Assembly (NCBI GenBank): GCA_046563655.1
Contig: CM102287.1
Coordinates: 9,920,001 to 9,984,000 of the forward strand
Length of the DNA: 64,000 nt
Reading direction: 5' to 3'
DNA from: Yuukianura sp. NJ FZ-2021
Taxonomy: Eukaryota
Both the position numbers and the translations under genes were made by a program. Below are positions 34,931 to 46,900 of this stretch, one piece after another. Every line of letters starts with the position of its first letter. Position 1 is the first letter of the stretch. The notes under the pieces were generated by a model. That model had not been told where the DNA came from. It did no database searches and saw only the letters and a program-made list of their open reading frames with translations.

Positions 34931-37900
34931 TCATAATCTCTCCAGCTCCGTAGTCGTCGTCAGAGACGGATGAAGCCCCGTTTCTGTCGCAAGTGAGTAG
35001 TGACGATACGTCAAGAAGTCTGGACTCATGTGAGTAGGTGGAGTCGTGCCGTTGCCGTTTCTGTGCGGAGTGTAGGACTGATGATGATGATGATGATTGT
35101 TGTGGGACTGATGATATCCACCCAGTGTCCCCACATTGTTCGTCTCCTGAATCACATCACCCACTCGGTGGTCAATCTTCCCATTCTGAAATCACAACAA
35201 AGGCGTCACGAAATCAAAATTCAATAGAACCAAAACTGATTTGTCCACAAGATGGTCGTAACTTTCTCAAAAAACCGAATTTTTTCAAAACGCCTGCTTT
35301 TTTCATCCTACCTGTTGTTGTCTGAACCGTCTTCTTTTTCTGACTTTGACACAAGCGAGAGTCGTGACGAAAATAACAAAAACAACTAAGCCCACGACTG
35401 CTCCCACCAGCACGCCCATCCGACGGTGTAAAATTGACACTTTCTCGCTCTCGTCTTCGCCCAGCGTCCGAATCTGACAAAAAACAACAAAATTGACATT
35501 TGGAAGAAAAAAAATAGTTTTTTTGCAACTTTTTTTTTTTTTGAAAAAACTGACCTGAGCACATTTTGAAAGCGGAGAATCTCGAAGAAGCGATGATGCT
35601 GGTCGTGTTGTCAACGCAGTTAAGACGCTGGAGTTGTTGACTTCGTGATGTGACAGACCAAGGACACAGACCAAGTAGGGCGTGTCCGGCTCAAGGTCAG
35701 GGAGCAAGTAGAATCGTGATGTGGCCGGAAGGGGGCGTGTCCGCACGATGTCGTTGTGATTCAAAGCGTGAAATGCTATGACATAACCTTGCATTCCGGA
35801 ATTGTTGCGACCTTGCCAAGAAACTACTGCAGAAGACGGTCTCACATCCTGCAACATTAAAAAAAAATTTAGAAATCCAAAATTTTAAATCTCCAAATTC
35901 TCAAGTTTCAAGATTCTTTGAAATTTCAGGGTATTTGAGTTTCTAATTTCTAGATTTTTGCACTACTGCATGAGTTCTGGTGGGGAAAAAAAAACTTTTT
36001 CTCTGATTTTTTTCTGTCTAAATTTTAGTGAAAGTTGAGATTAGAAAACAACATTTTTTTTAAAAATCTGCGCACGTTTTGGTGAAACATTTTGACAAGA
36101 CTGTTGAGAAGCGTTGTTGAAGCACGTAAAAAGTGTGTTGGATGGAGAGGTTCCAGCTTCAAGTTGAACGCTGAAAAATTAATGATCATCAAAATGATTT
36201 CACTCTTCCGCTTTTTGTTTCATCGGAACAGCAACTGAGAAGTTGGAGAAAGTCTCTCCACACTCCAGGATTTCTTCCGACATCACGAGAACTAAAAAAA
36301 AATTTCTGAAATTTTTTTTTCAGAAAACACATTTTGTGAAACTCTGTTACAACTCTAACGTTTCCCCCAGAGAAAAAGAAAGCATCCGTTTCCTGTATCT
36401 TCTCACCAAGGGGTCGCTCATTAATTAGACAATTCACAACACACCACCATCAATCTCCTCTTCCTCTTCATTTTAACTTTTCTAAAAAATCCACTTCAAC
36501 ACAATTTCAATTTCCTTTTTCAAAAAAAAAATATAGATTTTTTCAAAAACTAACTTTTGTCTTCTGCCTACTTTTCAACTTTCTCCAATTATTTCTAAAA
36601 CACTCAGTTTTTCTTCTCTCTTTTTTCTTTCTCTCTTAGCTCCTCCCCTTTTTTAAATTTTGGTTCTTCACTTTTTACTTTGGTGAAAGTTGAAACTTGA
36701 AAATTCAAATATTGGCGCGTAAAAAATCAATATGGAGAAAGTTTAGAGCGGTTGAAGGGAACTGTTGATGAGAAGTAAAAAAGAAAGGAGACGAGGGTTG
36801 AAGAGGTCGTTAATTCTGATGATGACTTTCACTTGCCACGGAGCATCTTCACTCCTTTCACTAACCTAACCATAGCCTAATGTTAGCCTAACGTTAACCT
36901 AACCATAGCCTAACCAAATCCTAACTTCCTGGAAGAAGTCCTAACGGAGTATCTCAACATTAAAACTTTGGGAGTTAAAATTTGCATGGAAAGTTGAGTC
37001 ATTTCAAGTGTAGTTTCACTTGCATTTTGTAAAAGAAAAGTCAAATTTCTCTCTTTTTCCTCAAAACTTGGCTTTTGATATCCTCTACATTCCTAGTCCA
37101 CACTTAATTAACGCTCATAAATCATGTTTTCAGAAATTAGGACAGATTTTGAGAAGAAAAAATTTTGGGAATAAAAATGATGCTATGGAGTTGATGACAG
37201 GAGACTTTTGATGACCAAAGTTTACAACTTGTGACGAGGAGAAAGTTAAAACTTTGCTAGTTGGAGAGAAAAACTCTCATTAAGCTCCTCACTTTCATCC
37301 ATTTAATACCGTAACTTCTCTCTAACGAAGTTTTCAAAAAAAAAAACGGGAGTTTTTTTGATCATGGTAGGGATTTGGTCTACAGAAATTTAACACAGAA
37401 ATGGTTTAGAGAAGGGTGGCAATGGTTACCTGAATAGCGAGTTTGACAATTGCTGGCATCGAGCACAGTGTTGGCAAATCCGCATCCAGAATGAGGCGGC
37501 CACGACGCTCCTCGGGTCTTTCGCAGTGAAAATTCGGCACGCCCGGCCCAGCTACCGAAGTTGCAAAAACTTTCGGATGGGCTGACAACCACTCCCAGAA
37601 GTCCTTGCTTTCACAGTCACAGCTCAGTGGATTCTCTACAAACAACAAAACACAAAGGTCAAAGGTCAATGACCTCAAAAGGTCAAAGGTCAAATTTTCG
37701 AAGGTCAAGTTAGAAAAAGAATCACCGGGCGAAGAAGATCAACTTTTAGATTTCAATTGAACCCAGTTCAGTTTCTTTTCTAGAAAATCCTGTGCCATGT
37801 TAAGACCTAAAAAAAGCGCGGGAAAGTCTTAGAATTTGAAAGTGGGCGGGAGAGACAAATGGGATTTAAGCACTTGGAATGATGAGACGGACTTTGGGCT

Positions 37901-40900
37901 TTTCTAACCAAAAAGAAAGACTTTCCCCTGAAAAGAAAGTAGAGTGACACTCAGGTGGCACTTTCACAAGGATGTCATGTCACCCCCCCCCCTTCTCTAA
38001 CCCCCACCCACCAATTTGTTTCCTCCCGCCATTTTTTTTGTCCTTGCACCAGGCTAGCCTCGATCCTGCGTCCCCATTAACTTTCTCCCCACGAGAAAAC
38101 CCATTTCCAATTCCTCGCACGACAATAATATCCTCTTAACTTTCTCCCTGTCAAACACCCCCCGTCTTCAACCCCCTCCCACCTAACCCCCCCCCTCTTT
38201 TCTAGACCCCCCCCCCTTCAACTCACCTTCCCAAATAGGATTTCCATCATCCACTAAGGTGCGGACCGGCAAGAAAGCACAAATCGTTAGTTTACCTTTG
38301 CTTTTTCGTGACTGCCAAAAAGTGAAAGTCCTTCCGCTCTTTTTTCTTTCAAAAGAGAAAGTACACACAAAGCCTTTTTTGTCATTCTGAAAATTACATT
38401 TCCCGGTGAATTGAGCGAGAAAGTGAAGAAAAAGGTTTACGTTCGGTTTTTTCAACTTTTTTGAGGTTAGATTTTTTTTAGGTTTTTGGCGTAAATTGGT
38501 GTCGTCCTCAGTGGAGAGGAAACTGCGACAGCTCAATCATAGTGGCGTAGAAAGAGGCTTAGTTCACTTTGACCTGACAGCTCAATCATCCATGACCAAA
38601 AGAACGGATTCACACAGGAGCAAAAAGAGAAAAGTATTTCTTGTTCCGGGAAAGTTGGAAAGGCATAGACTGAGAGTGGACATTGCAGAAAAGACTACTT
38701 TTACTAAAAGTTAGACCTAAAAAAGTAAAGTAAGAGCCGATGGAGCGCAGAAGTTATTCCCGTGGCCACCGGAAGTGAAAGTCGGTGGGTTGGGGCAGAT
38801 AGGCTCCGCAGAACCATTTCTCAAGACGAAGGTTCAATGCCAAAGTGTCGTCAAATCTTCTTAGGAGTTCCAAAAAAGCTCAGGAGGGATTAGTACAGTG
38901 GTGGTGTCATATCCAGAGTCACACAGTCACACTGCTGTCAAATGTCACACCAAAAGTCACAAAGCCACTGGAGACTTTTCATCTGTCAAGTTCACAGGAT
39001 AAACAAGAGGTCAATTTATTACAAAAATTGAAAAAGTTCGGCTCAACGAATCCACTTTTTCAGAAAAAAAAAACTGAAATCGACACGGAGAAAGTAAAAA
39101 CTGAAATTTTTCAAATCACCAAACATGTCATGATCACTTTTTAGAAGAAAAAAAAAGTCACGGTACTTTCCACTTTTCAAGTGTCAAAATCAAACCACAA
39201 GAAAACCCAATCTGGACAGTTTTTTTTTTTGAACAACGGAAAATAGTTACTCCCGCCGCCGTTTTGTTTGAAAAGTTTTTTTTTTTTGTAAAAAATTGAA
39301 TAACTGACCACCAAACTTGATTTCACGAAAATAGTTGCTCCCGCCGTCCTGCCGTAAAATTAACCTGAAAGTCATTTGTAGCTGGGTGGAAACCCTTTTA
39401 TGGTTACAATAAATCGGATCGGAGTGCACGAATGGCCAAAACAATAATTAGATCAATCCAGGAGGTCCAGCGTACCTCTCTTGCAAGCACGAATTATCCA
39501 GAAACTGTTCTCTCCAGGAGGAATCTTTGAAGATTTTAATTAGAGACAAAGCGGACAGTTGCCTCTCTTTTACTTTATTATTCAAACCTCCCTCCCTCCT
39601 CCCTCCTCCTCCTCCTCCTCCTCCTCCTCCTGCCTCCACCGTTGACTGTGAGCAGTTGGAGATAAAAGCTACGGAATACCGTTGTGCTTGGCATTTAACG
39701 TCTTCCTTTCGCAATGAATTAGAAATTAGTGGCACAATTTATGCCTCACCAGCCTCTGGACCAGAAAAGTTGGGCTGGAACAGGAAGTTCCAGCAGAACG
39801 TGACCTCGATCCCACTCTCTGATCATTCCATGACCTCCTTCTACTATTGTAGCAACTAATTACAAATTAGCTCTCTCTCCCGCACTTTCAAACGAGACCT
39901 GCCTACCTAAAACGAACAGAAACCAACACAAAGTCCTCAAAAACCACCAATGTGTGTCCACAACTCAAAATCTACCGAGCGATTTTTAAGTATCGCAGCA
40001 ATTTAAAGCGTAACTGAAATTTTCCACACTCGAACTTTCTTCTTTTCACTTTTCATCTTCATTTCTACTAATTTTCCAAAGTTTCGGTTTTTGCACTTTC
40101 GTTTTTCAAGTTTTTAAAAATGGCTCTGTACATTTCCCCTAAAATTAACACGCCTCAAGCATCTTTAAGCTTCCATTTAAATCTGTTCTTCCTCCTGAAG
40201 CTTTTAGGAGGAAAATCGTGCAACGTTGACTCAATTTCAACCTTGTTTGAAATCAAACCGATTTTGAATTTCCCTGGAGCGCTTTTCCCGCTCCCAAATC
40301 AAAGAATCGGCTTTCAGTAATTTAATTTCCAAAAATACTCAGACAGAAGACTAGCAAAGTTCACTCAAAATTCAAAAAAAAAAGAGAATCCTATTCTCGT
40401 TTCCCCAAAATTTAAAATTCTACCGAAATTCCCATTTTATGCGCTCTTTTCCCCCTTCAACTTTTCCAAATGTATGACTTTCTCCTTTAACCTAACCAGT
40501 TAGGTTTTTAGCCTACTCTTGGTTAGGTTTTAGCCTATTCTGGTTTATACTCCGATACTTCCTTACTATTCATGGGACGTGATTCCCTGTTGCCTTGTTT
40601 TCCCTGCCACATCTCTCATCATCTCTATTACTTTCCATTTCTCTTGAAATCCAAAACCAACGAACATTCGGAACAGAAAAAGAGCATCGATTTCTCCTTT
40701 TTTCTTGATCTCATCTTCTCTGCACCAAAAAAAGATCCTAAGAGAAAGCAGATCTCTCGCAGAGATTTGGAGAGAAGAAACCAGGGGAGAAACGTGATTG
40801 TATTGTCTGATTTGATCTCTTCGGATACTTTTAAGAACTAAGTCCGAAAAACCCGGGCATCAGGAGATGATGAAGGACCAACCCTTTCCCACACACGTCC

Positions 40901-43900
40901 TTCAATTTCCGCCTTCCTTTTCTCTACGAATCACATTAATCGGACTTAAACTTCCCACCATAACCTAACCGTTAGGCTAAAAACCTGTTTCGTTAGGCTA
41001 AGAAAGCGAAGTTAGGCTAACTTTAGGCTAAGGCAGCAGCTGGATCGGGATCAAACTGGAATTTAAAGCCATTTCGACTTGAGCTCAACCTAAAAAAGTA
41101 AGCTTTCTCTTGTTTTTTTCTTGGCTTTAACCTGCAGTCTGTCCATTATTGCTCAACTGCCAATCACTGCTCACTATTCTCCGCTTCAGGAATCAATTCC
41201 ACCGACTTGTGGACCAAGAAGAGAGCAGTTGGCGTAATAGGACTTTTACGATTATTGCTACGACTCACAAAAGACAATGGGATCCTAAAAACGCTTCCTT
41301 CCCACAACCTAACCTCAAAAACCACACAAAATCACAAAAAGTTCTCAAAAAGGCTTAAAAAAGAAAGGAGAAAGTTTGGGCGATTCTGGCGAAACGTAAA
41401 CCCCCTCATAAAAATTTGTATCGCCCATAAAACCCTAAAATTTCCAATTAATTAGACCAGTTTCCCATTAATTCCCTGACTTAAGTCCTGTGGTGAATGG
41501 AGGGAGTAACTATCTATACTTTCTAAGATGGAGGGAGTAACTATATGCCTTTTCTTAGTTGGAGGGAGTAACTATGCCTGTTCTTGGTTGGAGGGAGTAA
41601 CTATCTGCTTTCAGCAAAGGAACAAATTAACCTCAATGGTCCTCTTTTAACGTCGTCGTTTGGTCTTAAACCCACCAAATGAGTACTAAAAAACAAAAGA
41701 AAACTTTCACCAAAAGGCAATCGAATTCCTAATTGCAAATTACGAAAACCTAACTCAGTTTCAGTAAAACATAATCAAAAAATTTCAAAAAAAAAAACAA
41801 CAAAATTTTGAACTTCAAAAACAAAAATGGAGAAGTTCCTCACAGTATAACGCAACAGATCAACTAAGGATAGCGAGGTTTTCTGGAATTTTCGTTTTCA
41901 AAATTTTGAACGACTCTGAACCTAGGCATGAGTTTGACGATTGTCATATCCATTAGATTGGCCCAAAAATAAATAAATTTCTGAAAATTTTAAAATTTAA
42001 AATTCTGAAATACCCGAAAAAATTTTCAAAATGTGTTACCTTCTAGTCGAAATGAGGTGATGCGTGTTTCGAGATGGGTGAGTACAGAAGTAGCGACAGT
42101 TTCGATGAAGTTGTGACTCAAATCCAGTACAGACAGTCTGGCCAGAGGAGCAAAGAGTTCTGGCGGGAGAGCAGTAATCCAATTCCCACGAAGTCTCAGG
42201 CTCACAAGGGAGGTCAAATGCTTCAGAGCATCCGGAAGGACTGTTGACAGTTGGTTGTAACTCACGTCCAAATCCTGTCAACACAAACATCCTCAATAAA
42301 ACATTTCATCCACAACAGTTTACCTCAACACTCATTTCCTAATCCACCCTAATCCCTGTCACACTAAACTTTCACTCATTCCACACTTATTAGCTCTACA
42401 ATGTTCATTTGCATTAACTTTCTCCCGCCACTTTCTCTCCACATTTGAAATTTTGAACTTCCCACCACTTGATTCCCTCCGAATTCGAAAATTTGAACTT
42501 CCCGCCATTTCCGTGTCCAATTAATCACTAATCCTCCACTCCTGACTAAATTCTGTGCCAAATTCAGTCACAGAAGGGGCGGGGCTAAAGAAAAACAAAA
42601 GCTTTTGCCAAATCCCATTTAGAATTCATAGTTCTGAACTAAATAGATAATCCAGTTCACAAAGTGTGCACATGCACTATGCACACTTTCCCTCTCTTTT
42701 CTCCAAATTTCAAAATGTAATGAATGTATTTTGGATTTATCATGCTAGCATAGAGTAAGTAGTTCCTTTGATGATTTATGGATCATCTCCATATGCAGAA
42801 AGTAGTTCACATATTGTGAACACGAGACTCTGTGCACAAAGGAATCTGGATAAACCTAACATGGAAAGTACTGCCAGCACATAGAAAGTACTGCCAGCAC
42901 ATTTCAGTACTTCTTCAACAGTCTTTTGTCATCCTCCTCCACTTTTCAATTACTTGTCAACCCTCTCTTCGCATCTTGTCTACTCCCAGTGGACCACCAG
43001 AATCATTTTGAATTTTCCCACAACATTTTGAATTTTCCCGCCACACAATGGCTCCTTCTCCTAACAAAAGTTTTCAACTTGACAATAACATTACACATGC
43101 TTTCTCCAGTGCAAGATTACACAAAAACTTCAACAGAAAATAAGCTTCACTCTTCCTTCTGGGCATGAATTCAAAATTTAAAAAAAAAGAGAAAGTTTCC
43201 CGCTTTTTTTAGTTTCCCGCTTAAAAAATACAAGACAAGCTTTCACCACCGGCACACCTTTCACCATACAAAATATTAGAGGCAAAATTCAAAACCAAAA
43301 TTCAAAATCAAAGAAGCGCCAGAATTGGAAAGTTTTAAAACCAAAAGTAAAAGTGGGCCGATGCGGCTCATCGGAAACGAATTTGGGTCCATTCCGTGCA
43401 TATGGCGTGAGATAGAAGATAGAAGCGATGCTACTTTGAAGTCGTGTGCTGCTGAATCCGATGTGGTTGTGGATTAGGGCGTTCGGAGTAGGATTTGAAC
43501 CAGTGGAGTAGAAATGATGAATTGATGGTACGGAGGGATATGGAAGAGTGTGGAAGTGGGACGGAAGCCAGGAGAAAGTGTATTGCGGCTCTTTGGTTTT
43601 GATGGAATCATAAAGATAGAGCAGGGATCGATGGATCAAGACATGAGACAAAAGGCGGAGTGGAGGCTGTTGATATCTTTATGGCATACTTAGCCTAGGC
43701 ACTCTCCAACCCAAATGGATCAATCCAAACATCAAACATAATGTGAACACCAAACAAAGTACCAACGTTACTCATTTTATCCAAAAACGAACAAAAAGTC
43801 CTGCACGACTAAAAACATTTCGTAAAAGCCTATTAAAAGTTCTGCATCCTGGACAAAGTCGTGCAAAACTGAAAAAAGTTGGGCAAAACTAAAAAAGTTG

Positions 43901-46900
43901 TGCGAAACTGGAGAAAGTTTTGGGAATCTATGAAATGTCATGCCTACCTGGAAAAAAGTCGTGCAAAACTGGAGAAAGTTGCTCCGAGCTACACTAATCC
44001 TCGGAAAACTCAGAAAACGTGATTTTCTTTGGAAATATTTTCATTTTTGGGCAGTAGGTTTTCCTTTTCGGTTTTGTTTTTAGAAAACTTTCATAAAAAA
44101 CTTTGAATTTTGAAAACAGTGAAACATTGAACGAACAGACAGACGTTTCCGACAATTCAGATTTTTAGGAAGACCTACTTTTTTTTCTTACTTTTTTTGA
44201 AACGATGCCTTTTTTCCTGCTAACTTTCACTTTCTTTGTTCTTTTTAGTTTTGAGAAGAGTAATGAAGTCTTTGGGGGGAAAAATTATGAAATTTTTAGT
44301 GTTTCCCCTGAGTATTTTGTGAGCTCGGAGAAGAAAAGTCAAAGCATCAAAGTGAAAGTAGACCAAGTGACTCTCGTAAGTCTTCTTCTTGAGCGAGAAC
44401 TGGACTCTCCTTGCATACAAATTGCTCCTTACTCTGCGCTTCTCCTTTCAAAGGCACAAGAACATCCAGAACAGGATGAGCAAACTTTTTCAAATGAGAT
44501 TTGGATCCATGTCTCAGTTTCAAAATTCCGAACGAGTTTGAGTCTTCGTTTTTTCTCTTTTTTAAAAAAGTATCAAAGCTTCCAGGAAGTCCAAAGAGCT
44601 TTAGTATCTGACATCCGATAGTTGCTGACCAGGAAACCAAAATCCTATTTCACCTTAGTGATTAGATTAGTAACTCTGTCTCTCCTCTCTTCTGTGTCAT
44701 GTCATCAAAGACTTCACTCTTTTTTAAGAACACTCAAAATTTGATCAAACCAAGAACGCGCAACGAAGGTGCGTGTCAGAAATCTAAAAGTTCCAACCGC
44801 AAGTCCTCCACTTTCTAAGAAAAAACTGTGTCTGAAAAATCTGAAAAATTCTGAGAAAAAGGCATCTCAGAGCTCCGAAAATTCCATGATGCCAATCCAA
44901 GTCCAAAGACTCAAACTAAAAATTATCTGAGAAATCTGTCAAATCGGAGTAAAAGTGTCTCTCAGCGTGTTTCTGAAAAATTCTGAAGATTTACACTAGA
45001 AGCGTTATGCAAAATCTGACTGCCTGGATAAGCGTTTCTGAAAAATCGAATAATTTTAAAATAAAATCCATTTCTGTCAAATCTGACAATTCCGAGTAAA
45101 AGTGTGACCTGACGCTTTCGCTTACTATTGGCTTTAACTGTGATGAAAATTCCAACCACACTGCAATTCAGTCTCAAACATTCAAAAGCCCAATTTATAC
45201 TTTTCGTTTCCCTGTCGTTTCCCGGGCAAAAGTTTGTCGTAGACGTCTATAACAACCGAATTTTAAATACAAACGTCATGAAGTTTTCGTTAAAATCGTG
45301 TCCTACGACAAACTTTTGCCCGGGAAACGCCAGGGAAACGAAAAGTATAAATTGGGCTAAAAAAACAAATTATCTGAGCAATCTGAAAATTCAGAGTAAA
45401 AGTGTGACCTGACGCTTTCTTTTACCTGAAGTCCTCCCAGATTTTGATGAAATGGTCCAAGACTTTTGATTCTGTTGTGACTCAAATTGAGACTTTTCAA
45501 CTGAGTTAGTCCTTGAAACGACTCTATTTTCACATTTTCAATGTCATTTTCACTCAGATCGAGTAGATTCAGATTAATCAGAGGAGCAAACGCTGCTGCT
45601 GGAATGACCTTGATCGGATTGTGTTTGATCACAAGTCGATGTAGTTTCGGATAAATTCTGAATTCATCTGAAGTCAAAAACGAAACATTCGTGTCACTCA
45701 GAGATAAATCCATAACGTTAAAGTCCACTGTAGAGTGATTTTCAGTATAAAAATTCAGCAGTGGATTGCCACTCATGTTCAACACATAAGGTAGAGTCAT
45801 GTATGATCCAGAGAAGCCCCAGGGGATCTTCTGGAGACTGTTCCCACCAAGGTTCACTGAGGTCAACGATCCATTTTTAAACAGGTCATCCGGTAAACGC
45901 GAAATGTTATTTTCACCAAAATCTACAACTTCTAAACTTGGAAATGATTTGACCAGGCTTGATCCGCTGACTTTGCTAAGCCGATTGTCATTCATGTCAA
46001 ACTGCTTGAGCCGAACTAATTTTAGCCTAGAAAGTTCTAATCCATTGATTCTGTTTCCAGACAAACTTAGAACAGCCAATTGCGAAGCATTTGTTAGCGC
46101 TTTGTACGGAAAATTCCGGAATCGATTGTGTCTCAAATGGAGTTCACGAAGCGGAAGGGGCGTGGCTTGTTTTGTACCGAAGTCAGTGATTGGTGATTCT
46201 GGATTGAAAATGGCATCGGGAATCCATGTTAACAAGTTATCACTTGCTCTCAACACAGCTAGATTCGGCGTTCCTCGGAACATTTCGGCCGGTAATTGAC
46301 TTAATGAACATTTTTCAATTGCTAGAAAACTGAGAGATGGAAATCCGTTGAGCGAATTTTCGTCTAAATCGGTTAAATTGTTGCCCGATAATTGCAAAAC
46401 TTCTAGCCTGGGCATTTCCAAATGACGGAGATTTAGAGCCGAGAGAGCGTTGTCACGGAGGTCAAGTTCCTTCAAGCTGATTGGCTGCGGACCGCCGCGG
46501 CCAAGTTCAACTAAACCGTTGCAGCACAGTTTGAGCGTTTCCAGACCGCTGAGCTGAAAGTTAATGTTGTACTGGAGTCGAAGTAATTGATTTGATGATA
46601 AGTCAAGAAATCTCAGACTTCTCAAATTCGTAAACGATCCATCCTGAAACACCAGAAAAACGAAAATCCGTCAAATTCCGAGGTTTAGCCAACCATTGTG
46701 CTTCAACTTTCTAATCTCACCGTTTCCAATTACTTTAGTACAAGAAATACCCTATTTATCTGCGTATACCCCACACAAAATTATAAAGAATCCTAAAGTT
46801 GAAAATTTCGCTTTAATTTATGTCCTAGGAAAAGTGTTGGTGGATCCACTGGACGAAACGTCAAAAAGTGGATATCCACAAACACGGCCCAGGAATAATA

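Noticed and set aside
39448..39859. Poly-Gly / poly-Pro ORFs
   Set aside because: Produced by a (CCT)n microsatellite inside an intron; no splice or domain support.
45799..46299. Plus-strand ORFs opposite LRR exons (also 48362-48610 and 49205-49414)
   Set aside because: Antisense shadows of real coding exons.
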